Part shown: in pieces, positions 1 through 13,284 of the stretch
Numbering within the stretch: position 1 is the stretch's first letter
Layout: each line of letters begins with the position of its first letter
Assembly (NCBI RefSeq): GCF_018350175.1
Contig: NC_058368.1
Location: forward strand, 133,488,001-133,552,000
From: Felis catus
Taxonomy: Eukaryota
Reading direction: 5' to 3'
Length of the DNA: 64,000 nt
The notes under the pieces: generated by a model
Database searches by the model: none
What the model saw: the letters and a program-made list of their open reading frames with translations, nothing else
What the model was told of the DNA's origin: nothing
Translations under genes and position numbers: made by a program

Positions 1-218
1 CATGATTACAGTCAGTAATACTACATTATGAACTTAAAAGTTGCCAGGAGATTAGATCTTAATCATACTCGTGGCTGGAAAAAGAAATAATTATGTGTCA
101 CAATAGAGGTGTTAGGCAACAGTGGTGGTAATCATATTGCACTGTATAAATGTATCACATCAACATGCTGTACACCTTACACTAGGTTAGATGTCAGTTA
201 CATCGCAATTAAAAAAAA
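1..218 (+). mobile_element. Old L1 (L1M-type) 3' end
   Basis: aaagttgc...agattagatctt...gtaatcat...atcaacatgctgtacacctta followed by an A-rich tail resembles an L1M 3'UTR terminus. Confidence 0.7.
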
Positions 219-379
219 GAAACTACCTCATGAATTCTCCGCACTCTTACACCACAGATTTTCCCTCTTCTGTATCATGCTTGACTTCACACAAGCGTGC
301 TACAATAGTTCCATCTCCATAAACCTTCTCTTGCCCTGCTTTCCCACCAGATGTTCACAGTTTCATTGCTATATTGGGC

Positions 380-2025
380 AGCCTCCTCCAAAAAAGTCAT
401 TTTTATTCATGGCCTCAAATTCATCTTTTCCTAGTCTCTTGAACCCAGTCTATAAGGCTTTCAATCCTCTTACATCATAGAGACTATCTTGTCAAGGTTG
501 TCAGTTACCCCTGTTGGTCTCTGAGGTACAGTGGTCATTTCTTAGACCTCATATGGTATGACAAGTCCTTCCTGTTTGGTCACACATGTTTGTCACTTGC
601 CCTCCAGGACATTTCAAACTCTCGGTGGTTCTCTTTTGATGGTTCTTGATTCTCTGACCTCTTAATGTTGGAGTACCCCAGAGAATATTCTCAGTCCTTT
701 TCTCTTGTCTATTTTTACTCTATTCCTTGTGACCTTATGTGATATGATGACTTTGACCCATAGACTCATGGCCACAGGATTTACATCTCTAGCCCTGATC
801 TCTCCTACACTCTAGATGCGCATATCCACCTGCCTGTCTGTGTGTCTGTTTGAATGTGTAATAGGCATCTCCAAGTTAATGTGTCCCAAAGCAAACTTTT
901 CATCTGCTTCTGGATCCTGTTCCATAACTCTTCTTTATCTCACTCAATGGCTGCTTCCTCTTTCCAATTGCTCAGGAAATGCTGAAATCGTCCTTGGCTG
1001 TTTATTTTCCTTTATGGCACGTCCACGCCATTGGACAATTCTGTTGGGTTTACCTTCAAGTACATCCAAGGCTGGTCTCTCCTCACTTTCTTTACTATCA
1101 CAACCAGGTCTGAGTCACTACTGTCTGTCTCTGGATGTACTCCTGTGGTCTCTAGATGGTCTCCCAGCTGCCATCACTGCTCACTATGGTCTATCCTCAA
1201 AAGAGCAGCCAGAGTGAGCCTTTCGAAATGTGAGTCAGATCAACCTGCTTTGCTGCTCATGATTCTGCACTTGACCTACCTTGCCCTCAGAGTGCAAGCC
1301 AAAGTCCTTACACATGGCGTGACCCTCGTTAACCTCTCAGACCTCATCATTTCCTGTTTCTCCCTCCCTCCCTTCCTCCCTCCACTCCACTCCACCCAGG
1401 TGGCTATCTTGCTCCTCTTGGATGTGCCAGCTGTGTCATTGCCTTGACCCCTTCTATGACTGCTGCCAGCCTCTAGGAGGCACATTCCCTTCAAGTCTTC
1501 ACCAAATGTCATCTTCTTTTGAAGCTTATACTGCCCTATTTAAAATTGCCACCCCTGGGGCGCCTGGGTGGTGCAGTCGGTTAAGTGTCCGACTTCAGCC
1601 AGGTCACGATCCCGCGGTCCGGGAGTTTGAGCCCCACGTCAGGCTCTGGGCTGATGGCTCAGAGCCTGGAGCCTGTTTCCGATTCTGTGTCTCCCTCTCT
1701 CTCTGCCCCTCCCCTGTTCATGCTCTGTCTCTCTCTGTCCCAAAAATAAATAAACGTTGAAAAAAAAAATTTAAAATTGCTGCCCCTTCCCCCTTCTCAA
1801 CCCCATTTACCTCTATTTTTTAAAATTACTGTTGACGTGGTGGTTTTCATCACCTATCAAATTATATAACTTACTGTATTGGTTTATTACCTTCCTCCCT
1901 TCCTGGAATATAAATTCTGGGAGAGCAGGGGTCTTTGTCTTGGTTTTCTCCTAACATCTCCCGATCATGTGAACGACGCATGGCACATGGTGGAAACTCT
2001 TGGATGTTTGTCAAGTGGCTGGTAA
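380..2025 (+). mobile_element. L2 LINE remnant interrupted by a SINE
   Basis: L2-like motifs (ccctgatctctcc, ggcatctccaagttaatgtgtcccaaa) and 3' end gagagcaggggtctttgtcttgg...tggcacatgg. Confidence 0.7.
1557..1769 (+). mobile_element. Young felid CanSINE (SINEC_Fc)
   Basis: GGGGCGCCTGGGTGG head, tRNA-derived body, (CT)n, AATAAA/A tail; TSD at 1539-1556 and 1770-1787. Confidence 0.95.
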
Positions 2026-2330
2026 ATGGAGGCTGTGATTTGGCCATGAGAAATACTGGCTGCAGTTCATAAATACTGATGTTCAATGTATTCATTGTCC
2101 TTAGTTCCTTAATAGTTTCCTGGGATTTATAGTGTTGTTCTGAATGGAGAGAGGGAGGTGGTCACACTTGAGCTAGTAAGGGGAGGTAACCAAGGAGCAG
2201 TGCCTTCCTTACATCCCAGATTAGTGTCTCAGGCACAGGACTGGACAGCTGCTATACATTTTAGCTCAAAAGGGATGTGCATAAGTCAAACAAGTGGTAG
2301 AAAAATTACAAAGCAACTTCCCAGCTTTGT

Positions 2331-2359
2331 TTTTTGTTTTTTAAGTTTTTAAGTTTATT

Positions 2360-2414
<55 letters not shown>

Positions 2415-2576
2415 ATGCACAGAAGGAGCAGAGAGAGAGGGAGAGAGCATCCCAAGCAGGCTCCATGCTGTACGCACAGAGTCCAACGTGGGGCTCGATC
2501 CCACGAACTGCGAGATCATGACCTGAGCTGAAACCAAGAGTCAGAGGCTTAACCAACTGAGCCACCCAGGTTCCCC
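2331..2576 (-). mobile_element. CanSINE (older Fc3-like) with expanded (GA)n
   Basis: Reverse-complement SINE body with a long (GA)n tract and degenerate TSD. Confidence 0.9.
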
Positions 2577-2819
2577 ACAAGTTCCTAGCTTTGTAAATAA
2601 AGTCTATTAATGAAGTCACTTAATGATGTGATATGAGTAGAGATATGGGTATATTTCTGTCGTATCATGCTGTGACACTTTGCAGATTCTGACAGTAGTT
2701 TGTGCTTTCAGTAGGCTTGGTTTGGGGGGGTACTACGAATATTCACTTCTTTCTGAACTTCAGTGACATTGAACAAGAAGTTGAGAGAGACGGTGTCAGG
2801 AAATTATGCAAACACCATT

Positions 2820-3057
2820 AAAAAATTTTTTTTAATGCTTCTTTATTTTTGAAAAAGAGGGAGAGAGAGAGTGAGCACCCACACACATGAGAGCATGCAG
2901 GGGAGGGGCAGTCACAGAGGGAGACACAGAATCTGAACCAGGTTCCAGGCCCTGAGCTGTCAGCACAGAGCCTGAGACGGGGCTTAAACTCACCAACCAT
3001 GAGATCATGACCTGAGCCAAAGTCGAACGCTTAACTGACTGAGCCCCCCAGGCACCA
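2820..3057 (-). mobile_element. CanSINE (Fc2-like)
   Basis: gagacacagaatctgaa...ctgagctgtcagcacagagcc...cttaactgactgagcc. Confidence 0.9.
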
Positions 3058-3894
3058 CTCCAGACACCATTTTTAATTACGGAGTTCATGGAAGCCTTTG
3101 TCCAAAATGTTGGTTGATCATTTCTGAGTTTTAGAAGATTCTTCCTTCTCTTGCTTATCCAAATGATTTTTCTGAAACACGATGAGAATTCTTGACTCTG
3201 GCTCTCCTATTAAGCTTGATTTATTAAGTGGATAAGAAATAGCCCAGAGCTGAGTTTGTTTCTCTGCTGTGGAAATGGCAGTGCTACATGCTAGAGTTAC
3301 TAAAAAGTTTAGCTGTGGCACTGCTGACTTTGCCCTTTCAGACTACTTCCTTCTAGAATTCCTTAAAAAATGATGTGGAACCTTAGAAGAAAGATGCTAA
3401 ATATTCTCCATTTTTGATGATGCATAGAAGCAAAAAGAATTTGATAAGGGGAAGCGCTTCATCCCTTATGAAACATTTGAGCTCTGGGCGACTTTAGGAA
3501 AATGGGAATCTTCAAAGGTGGTACTTGTGTGCTTTTCCCAGGAATGATCTCACATTGATTTTTGTTTTTCCTTTTTAATTAGACGTCTACAGGATACTTT
3601 TCTCAACCAGGTCATTTAAGCAGAAAGACCAAATTACTTAAAATCAAATCGGATTTTGATGAAAGCATTATGCTTTATGAGGCTGACTTCCCTTAGTCTC
3701 CTCTTTAAAAAACACAAAAAAACTTTGGGAGGAACATTTGGTGATGGTGAAATTTACACCAGGCACACTCTTCCATGAGCCATCTCTGGAACACCTCCCT
3801 GCCTTCTCCCTTTGCCAAATCCATGACTAGGCTATTTCTGGGGATGTAGGCTGAAGGGAAAAAGGGAGATTTTCAAAGTTTGACTCAAGGATAT

Positions 3895-4000
3895 AAAATG
3901 TGTATATATCTATATTATCTTTATATTATTACTATATATATATACGCTATATATAAATTATATGTAGTATGTATATTACTATATAAATAAATATATATAG
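3895..4000. repeat. AT-rich (TA)n-like low-complexity tract
   Basis: Degenerate tatata runs. Confidence 0.8.
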
Positions 4001-4360
4001 AAATTGTCACTTTTAGTGGAATTATTCTCATTTCCCATTGTGATTCCACAGTGGCCCACCTTACTAAGTAAGGTATCATTTTTCCACCTGGCAGATGAAA
4101 GAGTTCTTGTTGTTCCCTTTCTCTTTGCCTTTACAGCAGTTACATCAGTGCTTAGTTCTTGATACTTGGTTACAAGTTGTATATTTAAAGGTACACTTGC
4201 AAGGTGTGCGGCGCAAAACCCAGGGCAGGGTTTTGAGCTGTCTCCCTGGTAAGCCAGGATGTCACAGCCAAAGCAAGTTTTAAACTCAAATATAGTAAAC
4301 TATCCAGGTTGAGTTCTGATTGCTAATGATGAGGTAGGGATTTGGGTTTAGGTCATTCTT

Positions 4361-4589
4361 TTTTTTTTTTTTTTTTAATTTTTTTTCAACGTTTATTTAT
4401 TTTTGGGACAGAGAGAGACAGAGCATGAACGGGGGAGGGGCAGAGAGAGAGGGAGACACAGAATCGGAAACAGGCTCCAGGCTCTGAGCCATCAGCCCAG
4501 AGCCCGACGTGGGGCTCGAACTCCCGGACCGCGAGATCGTGACCTGGCTGAAGTCGGACGCTTAACCGACTGCTCCACCCAGGCGCCCC
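4361..4589 (-). mobile_element. Young SINEC_Fc
   Basis: Full-length body, long poly(T), perfect 18-bp TSD tgggtttaggtcattctt at 4343-4360 and 4590-4607. Confidence 0.97.
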
Positions 4590-4760
4590 TGGGTTTAGGT
4601 CATTCTTGCCGTAACTTAGAAACTGGAAAGTACATGCATGTATTAGGAAATGAAGAAACCTTTCAAGTCCTGTTACCTTCAGTAATCCCTCTGTAGGCTT
4701 ATAACCATCCATTTGTTTCTCTTTAAATGTTCCATTTTCTGCTTAGAACATTGAAAAGTG

Positions 4761-4986
4761 GGGGCGCCTGGGTGGCGCAGTCGGTTAAGCGTCCGACTTC
4801 AGCCAGGTCACGATCTCGCGGTCCGTGAGTTCGAGCCCCGCGTCAGGCTCAGGGCTGATGGCTCAGAGCCTGGAGCCTGTTTCCGATTCTGTGTCTCCCT
4901 CTCTCTCTGCCCCTCCCCCGTTCATGCTCTGTCTCTCTCTGTCCCCCCAAAAATAAAATAAACGTCGAAAAAAAAATTAAAAAAAA
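4761..4986 (+). mobile_element. Young SINEC_Fc
   Basis: Full-length, CpGs retained, perfect TSD agaacattgaaaagtg at 4745-4760 and 4987-5002. Confidence 0.97.
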
Positions 4987-5892
4987 AGAACATTGAAAAG
5001 TGGTTGTTGACTCATTTTTCATCTAAGCCCACCTTGTTCTTCATGAAATATTATGTCATTTTTAAGAAAGAATGCTGTTTCTCTGTTAAGGATTTTACTG
5101 TTTTTCTTTTTAAGTTTCTCTCAGTTTTAATTTATATCTTCAGGAGGAAGTGATATGCTTCTCTTATTCAAACATCTATATTAATCTTTCATTTGATATG
5201 AAGGAATATTTTTTAAATGGCTTCATATTTCTTTTCTAGCTTCAAGTATTGGTCACAAATTTGTGTTTTAACAACTGCTATATAGTACATGTGTGAGCTA
5301 TAGTTGTAGGCTTCAAGAACATATGCATATTTTACCATTCTCCTTACATTCTTAATCTCATTTTTAAAATGATTATAAATATTGGATGTGCCCATGACTT
5401 AGTAGCATGTGAAAGACTCCTTCCCCGCAATGGATAAGATGCCTTATGATTCATTTCCTTCTGATGCCTTCAGAGTTTTAATGATTCTAATGTCAACAAG
5501 TTAAGAGTGCTGAAGATAAGCATAGTAGTAGATGTTGAGCTTTCTAGCTTTATGCCACTTTAGGGAAGGTATTTTTTTTTTATAGTATTCACTTTGAAAA
5601 GACAACAGATCCCTAAAAATGTCTTAAATGCCCTGCCCACAGCCCAGGTATGGTGACACTCTAAAATTTCTGCCTTCCTTTCAGTCTGCTAACTGGTCTG
5701 CCTAGCCTTAAAGTTTTTTGTGTCCTTGTTTCTACTAAAAGGAAAAGAGTATGAGGCCAATAGACAATGCAGCTTATGTGAGTTTCTGTTTTCACTTTTA
5801 AAATGGGAACATTTATTGTGTACTAATTCTGTAGTGGGCACAGCTTTGTAGACGCAAAGTTGAATTTAGTTTTAGTCTTTGTTGTTCATAGT

Positions 5893-6770
5893 ATTTGTTT
5901 ATTCATTAAACAAGTATTTATTTTAACCTACAATAGGTTAAAAATATGTTTTATATACTAACATTGTATATGTATGCGCATATATGTAATATGTATACAT
6001 ATAACTCATTTATATATTGACCTACACGTGACTTAGATAGGGGTAAGGGATAAGCAAAACACCAAAGCTAGTGGAGAGAGCAATGTCAAGGAGTAAATTT
6101 AGATAAGGTGGTCAGGGAAGGCAGGGAAGCTCTCAGTGTGAGAAGCTGACATTTGAGCGAAGACCCTGAAGAAGTAGATAAGATCCATCTTGCCTAGTGG
6201 AAGAGACAGGCACGCAGGAAATCTAATTTTGATGGAGTAAGTGATCCCACAGACATAGGTGTGTTCAATACCATTCCAAAGTTCCACGAAGACTCGTTGG
6301 GGGAGAAGGCCTCTGAGTGGGGTCTCAGAGGAAGAGCATGAGCAGAGACTCAGCGAGGTCATGTGAGATCTGATAGCTGCTTGGGGATTCCTACTGAGTA
6401 GTGAGAGAGGCTGGAGTGGTAGAAGATGAATTTGGAAGGTGCTTCGGGTTGGTTTAAAGAGCATCAAGTATGCCTTGCTGAGGGGCTTTGATTTGATTGT
6501 ATAGGCACTGGAGGGTTTCAAGCTGGAGAGTGACAGGATCAGATCTACATTTTGAATAGGTGATTCTGGCAAGGACTAGAGCTTGATTTATGGGGAGCAT
6601 GACAAGATAATGGAGGTCAGTTTGGAGGCTTTCGTAATGGTTCTGGTGAGAAATGTTGACCTCACCTGGGAAGTGGTAGGGTGGGGGTGACTGAGGCTTA
6701 GGGGTTGTAGAGGTCAGGATATATTTGCCAGGTAATCTCAGTAGAGTTTGTTAGTGGCATATGAGAGGTA
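5893..6770 (-). mobile_element. L2 remnant
   Basis: ttcattaaacaagtatttatt terminus; aggtggtcagggaaggc...gacatttgagc; gagagtgacaggatcagatctacatttt. Confidence 0.7.
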
Positions 6771-6777
6771 AAGGTAA

Positions 6778-7015
6778 GCTACACTAAGAAATATATTTTA
6801 TAGCACAACGTAGTACACATGGTACAAATATACACCTAATTGATCATAGAACATGTTGGTGAAAAAAGTTTCACGAGTCAGTTTTTTACCTTGGGGTGTG
6901 TGGTATATTCTCGTATTTTCCATTTCATTGTATTTTGGTATCTTTAAAATGCTGGCCTTGACTTGCTTAATTGAGTCCACTGATGGGACATGACTCACAG
7001 TGTAGAAAATACCTG
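6778..7015. mobile_element. Probable hAT-Charlie-type DNA transposon remnant
   Basis: End ccactgatgggacatgactcacagtgtagaaaatacctg resembles the end of the element at 34270-34480. Confidence 0.4.
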
Positions 7016-7369
7016 CACAGGCTTCAGGTTATTTCCTAACAGACAGATGTCTCCCCCTCCGCTCTGAATTTTTTTAGCATCATAGTGTCAGGTCTGCAGA
7101 CACCTTCCACTTGGTGGAGAAGGGAGATAGTGTGCTGAGTCAACTGATGACCTCTCAGTAAGACAGTAACAGAGGAACATACAATGTCACCACCAATTGC
7201 CTAGAAAATGTATCTCGGCTGAGAGGGTGGCTAGTTGTGCTGGAAACATTATGTGAGTTTTTGTTATTTTAATGGGGTGAGTGGGGAAGGAAAGGGATGT
7301 GATCATTGTTTTTCTACTTTCTTTGCTGCTAACATAGGTGTCCTCATTAAATATATAATGGCAGAATTT

Positions 7370-7590
7370 GGAATGCTTCATTTGTGATGTTTGCCTATGA
7401 GACCCTGAATTGAGTTCATGTTTGAAACCATTTGTTGGTTTGCACTGACTAAATAACTTGAGTTTTGAAGACCGTAAAATGGGAGATAATACCACCTGCT
7501 TGATTTGTTTGTTTCATGAGGATTACATGAGATAACATGTAGAAAGTACAGAAAACCCAGGAAACATATTCTAGATAAATGGCTGCTGTG
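7370..7590 (+). mobile_element. MIR
   Basis: gtaaaatgggagataatacc...gaggattacatgagataacatgtagaaag matches the MIR core and 3' part. Confidence 0.7.
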
Positions 7591-7914
7591 ATTTTCTTCA
7601 TGTAACTAAAATATTATCAACACAGAACTACTTTGATCATTTTCATTAGCACTAGGAAAGATGTGGAACCTTTCTGAGCTTTATAAATAGAATAAGATAA
7701 AATTAAAGTTGGTGTATGCTGAAATTGTTAGGAATATAAATTTCCCTGAAAAATAGAAATGCATTTCAGTTTTAGAAGGAAAGATATTAAAGTTACATCC
7801 AAGTTGAGATGATTCTATAGGTAGCTTTGGAAAGGTCTTTGTTCATTGCATTAGTGTATCCTGAATTTGCTTAGAGTGAGTAGAGCTTTCGGACAGTACT
7901 AGCATATGACACAT

Positions 7915-8060
7915 ACGCAGTGTTTATATGTGTATATACATATCACATATGTGTACCTGTATGCATCTATATGTGAATGTACACACATGTATGTTGTATG
8001 TCTACATGTACATGTGTATGTGTGTATATATGTATTTGCGTGTGTTTATGTATGTGTATA
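7915..8060. repeat. Degenerate (TG/TA)n repeat
   Basis: Alternating purine-pyrimidine low complexity. Confidence 0.75.
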
Positions 8061-11000
8061 CACCTGAATATTTCAATATCTTTGCTGCAGTCCTTTGGTA
8101 AGTTTCCATTGCATTTTGGATGACGAAGCTTAAATTTTTGAATATACAGTATCTTTAAATGATGGGAGGGTCATGGTTGTAAGACATCAGATTTCTCTAG
8201 AATAGTGAAAGAATGTAGTTCAATGAACTCACTGGTAGAAGCATGTGGACTTAGGTAGCAGAGCACATCTTCACCAGAAGAATTTTATTGAGACCAATTT
8301 TTCCAACACCTTCAAGTAAATTGGAAAAAAAAGAAGCTGAAAAGAGCTCATTTCCTTTTGGAAAAAATTGGCAAAATATTCCTTCACCCAAGTCGTGATG
8401 GCTTTATTTACATCAGTAGGTGATAGATAGAACTGTCTAAAGAAATACCACCTGGAAGTCAGTCCCCAGGATTTGGGTTGAGAGGTGTGGAAAGGGTGAG
8501 CTAAGAGAGGAGGAGGAGAGAGGATTGTTGAGTGCTCCCTGGTTCCTGAGTTTCCCGGTGCACCATTTGCCTTTTTGTAGTCTTTCCTCTGTTGTGTAAA
8601 CACGAGACCATATTTTGAGTGAAGTTAACTGAAGTAAAAACATAATATTTAGCTCTTAAATCTGCTTTTTGGAAAAGGGAAAGAAATGGAGCAGCACACA
8701 ACCGGCCCATTGACAAAGGAGGATAAGAGGAGTGTGTGTTTTATTCCAGCGAGTCCAGTGATCATGCATTTAGGGATATTTAGTTATGCCTTTGGTGTTG
8801 CAATCTGAGTAAGAATGGGGGGGGGGTTATCTGTTACATGAAGGAGTACATTAAAAATCAGGTGTGAGGGGCTTGCATGTGTGTGAATGTGGATGTTTAA
8901 ATCACAAAGGAAAAGTGTGAAGGAGCTTTGACTGAAATTGAAGAAATGATGACATTAATTAGCTCTATTCCTTGGAATTCTCTCTATTAACAATTGGGTA
9001 CATGTTTTGATTTTTTACAGTGCATGCCCAGGCATTTGGTCTGCGTGCAGTGTCCTTTTTTTTTCCCCCTATAATGAAACGTATATTAACTATGCAAGCC
9101 CTTCATGGAGCAGTGTTTTAATCATTCTCTATTGATTTATACATCACTTCAGTGCTGCCCATCGAGGGCCTCTTCTTCTAAGTCTGCTTTACTCAGATTC
9201 TCATTCTCTCTACCTGACTTGCATAATGCTTTGGGACTGTCTTCACATATTTTTTTTTCCTGTGGGAAGCAGTCATGATTAGGAAGCCACAAAAGGTCAG
9301 CTGTATTGTTGCTTTCTCTCAGCTTTCTGAGGTGCAGAGAACAAATAATGGCATTAGAGAAATATTGTCATTGTCCATAACTGATAATGAGTATCAGGAC
9401 TTATTTAAAATTAATCAGTGCTGAGTTTCGAGCTTTGGCATGAATCTGAATGATTTATTGCAAACTGCTGATGCCAAGAGAATGTTTTGCATTTACCAAA
9501 GGAGAGGGGCAGTGACCAGAGGACTGTCCTTGTGCCTGAATTTCAAGCCTTATGAACAGTGTTGTTCTTTGAACCTAGGGTTGCTGCTACAAGCTGGCCA
9601 ATACAGTTGGGAATATTGCTTTTTTCTTTTGTCTTAATGTTAATTTGAATGAGAGAAGTTGTAGATCTGGCTGATAGGGATGAAGGATGCCTCCATGGAC
9701 TTGCATAAATAACTCGAATCCCTTGCCCTCCACCTGCAACTTTGAGAATCTCATTTGGATTGAAAGACTGGAGCTTGATTTTACATATGAAGAAAAGTCT
9801 GCTCACTTCATTATTATTCATGGTCAAATCCCCAAATCTCCTCCCTGAAGAGATGTATTCTTCCCAGCAAATTAAAACATCCTTTTTTTTTAGAGGCCAA
9901 ATGATGATGGTGTCAAGTATTGATGAAGATGAATAGGTAATTCTTTTCTCAATTTATACATTCCTTCTCCCCCCCCCCCCCACCTACTGTTCAGGATGGG
10001 GCTTGCTCATTTAAACCAAGATCCAGTAATTGATTTCCTCTCCCCTCTGTAAGTTGTACGTGTTGTGTTAATCTCCTGGTTAGGTAATGGAGGAAAATAT
10101 TTGAAAATGTGATAGCTCATTATAAGGGCATTTGACATAGGCATATTTGCTCATGACGGATTGCTGATCGGTGGTAATTTAAAGGGATTCTGAACAGTAG
10201 TTAAGGTAGAACATTTTCCTTGCATTAATCAGTTAAGATCAAGATAGCGTAACTAACAGATACCTTTCCAATTCTCTAAGTAAAATGCAGATTTTGGAAG
10301 CTGGCTATTAAGTGGGTGTACACATACCTTAGGCTTCCCTGTTGTGTTCTTTTTCCCACTGCTTAATCAAATTATCCTGAAAGAAGACATGGGTGAACAA
10401 CCTGCCATTTACTTTATGTGTCCATACACACCCTCAAAAAAGGGAATAAAGTTTTTTAAGCCCATGGTAGAAAATGAAATCTGGGACTAGACTAGGATGC
10501 TGACTTTGAAGATTGTCATGGTATTGGGAATAGAAACAGATATCACATGTTAATCTAAATAGGTATTGGAACTTTGGGATGTCTGTAGCAGTGTGATGTA
10601 GCTACACGTACGCCTTAAACTATGCGTTAGCCCGCCTCTGAAAATTATTGGGGTGGTTATGTTTTCCTTTGTGGGAAAACATCGTGGATGTGCCCCTGGT
10701 GAGTAATTGTTGTTTAGAGGCATTTTGGAGCTCCCAAAGAGATGCACGATTGCATAATAACACTTCAGATTCATCATGACATGCTTTATGATAAAGCAGC
10801 ATTGGGTGCAGCTTTGCAGTATCCAAAGATCAGAGCAGCTGTTATCTGCAGAGCCACTGGGGTGTATCTGTCAGGCGTTTGCATACAGAACAAGGTGTTT
10901 CAGTTAATGTGTCATGATAGTTTAATTACATCACCTTTCTTGGGAGTTTGCTTGATTCCTGGTTCAGGAGCATCCAGTGTGATGGCAACCTATCAATTTT

Positions 11001-11148
11001 TCTTTCTTTAACAGCCTTCACTTCTTATTGTTTGGTTAGGTTGTATCTGCTCATTTCTAAAACATACATAGGGGGAAAAAACGTGTCCTTCATCGTACTT
11101 AACTTCCCTGTGGTATTTAACCTTGTTCTTTAAAATCACCTTGTCGTG

Positions 11149-11150
<2 letters not shown>

Positions 11151-11188
<38 letters not shown>
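11151..11188. repeat. (GT)19 microsatellite at a SINE tail
   Basis: Directly visible; abuts the tail of the minus-strand SINE. Confidence 0.95.
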
Positions 11189-11190
<2 letters not shown>

Positions 11191-11394
11191 AAGGTTTATT
11201 TATTTGCTTTGAGAGAGACAGAGTGTGCACACACAATTGAGAGAGGTACAAAGGGAAGGAGAGAGAGAACCCCAAGCAGGTTCTACACGGACAGCATGGA
11301 GCCTGATGTGGGACTCAACCCCATGAACTGTGAGACATGACCTGAGCCAAAATTAAGGGTCAGATACTTAACTGACTGTGCCCCCAGATGCCCC
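11189..11394 (-). mobile_element. CanSINE (Fc3-like)
   Basis: cccaagcaggttc...gagcctgatgtgggactc...cttaactgactg...cagatgcccc. Confidence 0.9.
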
Positions 11395-12329
11395 TACCCT
11401 GTCCTTCCCCCCCCCCAACTCTTCTTAATAAGAAAGGTCAGCTTCTCCTCTGGTTTACAGTCTTGGCATTGTCCCCCCTCCTAACTGTTGGTGGTCTCTC
11501 CTTCGTCTGTATTCCCATTTCACTTATTTCTCTATTGCCAGCTTCCAAACGGATTGCTTCTGCCTGATTTCTTTCCTGTTCCTCCTAGTTGGTTATTCAC
11601 CTGCTTTCTTGACATTGTCCATTAGGGTGTCCTGGAGGCATCCTCAATCCAAATTGTTTCAGACCTCTCTTCTTATCTTTCCTCCAAGCCCAAGCTGCCC
11701 CCTCTCCCCCCAAGTGAGAACTCTGTAGGGATCTGGAACTTCCTTTTGTCCTTTGCCTTCTTTCCAGTCAGGTACACAGACTTGCCATTTTATTTCCAAA
11801 ACCTCTGCCAGGCTGCTCTTCCCCCTTTCTGCCAGTGTTGCTCTCACACAGGTCCTGCTTTGTCCACAGCCTTCCTTCCTTGCTGTCCCCCCTCATGGCT
11901 TCTTTCACCATCCAGCTTACCTCTTAGACACTGGTTGCCGTTGTCTTTCTGAAGTATGTGCTTGATTTGTTCTCTTTTCTAAATTTTTTTTTCTGTTTTC
12001 TGATTGAAAACTACTTGGTTTCCAGTTGCCTTCACGATGCCGCTTGCCCTTGTCATCACTGCATGCAAGAGCATTCACATATGGCTCACCCCTTCTCTTC
12101 CAGCAGCAGTTTACTCTTCTCTGTCCCTACCCCACCTTCTGGCTCCTCGGTACTCCTCATTCTTCCTGCACACCATGCACTTGGAGGCTTCCCTGCTTTG
12201 CCTGCGCTGTGGCCCCTGATAGAAAAGCTTTGTTATACCTCCTCGTCCTTGGAACCCTGGCTGGGTCAAGCGGAACTCTTCACTGAATGCTGTTTATTCC
12301 TGGAGCCCTTGGTGCACTCGTCGACCCTA

Positions 12330-12475
12330 GTTCTTGCCACTTAGTACTGTAGTTATCTACGAAGCTGATATTTCACTGCGGTGTCTTAAAGGTGGGGACT
12401 GTGCTTGGTGGGCTTTGTACCTCTGGTGCCTGGTCCACGGCAGGTAGGCACTGTTTGATTTGTTGAATGAACAAC
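12330..12475 (+). mobile_element. L2 3' end
   Basis: gtgcctggtccacggcaggtaggcactg...tttgttgaatgaa. Confidence 0.55.
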
Positions 12476-13284
12476 CGAATGGATACAGGCTCTGTCGGTG
12501 ATTCAGCGTCTCGGTGTGTTGGGGCCTGGGAACAGAGCTTGTCTCTTTTTCGATTTGGGTGTTGAGCCATGGCCCATTCTAGCTCAGTAGGAAAAGAAGC
12601 AGGTCACGTGGGACCGTGATGGTCTGTGGAGTGAGTTGATGAGCTTTCTTCTGTCTGCTCCCCATCTACATCTTTCCTTTAGTATTGCTGTCATTTGGTT
12701 TCAAAAGCTCATCTTGTGTTTAAAAATGGGAGAATCATTTTTTTCTCTTCCCATTGGGAAGTCCTGCTGTTCCCCAAGAGTCCCTTCCTCTGCTTTTTCT
12801 TACTATTGTATCCAGGTCTTCGTTTCATTATGTTTATGTTTTTATGCTTCTTTCGCAGCCCTGAATGGCCTGCCAGGTCCACACTTGCTGTATCACAAGC
12901 CCATTTGCAATTCCAGTTTCTACAGAGTTGGCAAGCACATCTACCCCAGTTTTTGTTTCGGCAACAAAAAAAGTGGTCTCCTCTTGTCTGGCAAAGCTAG
13001 ATAATCACATATAAAACATTTTACTAAACATGTCCTTCCACCTGTTCTCTCCTTAAAACATACACACACACATGCACAGAGAGTTTTCTGATAATATTTT
13101 TACAAATATTAGGTCATAATTGTACTTTTAAATAAAGTTCTAAGGGGGAATAACAGAAAATGCACATTGAAATGAGGCTAAGTTAATGCTCTCTGAAATG
13201 CTTTTGTTGTATGCCTACTGGATAATAGTCTAAAATGTTTTAGTGAGATGTGTGGTCAAAATTTTCAAAGTTATTGTTATTCAA

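Noticed and set aside
109..1512. Several ORFs over 120 aa at the window start (also 6099-6572, 20809-21300, 42651-43139)
   Set aside because: They lie in decayed L1, L2 or MER sequence, with no recognisable domain or splice support.
1422..4961. Near-identical ORFs containing GAPGW.SRLSVRLQPGHD...
   Set aside because: Translations of SINEC_Fc copies, not a gene family.
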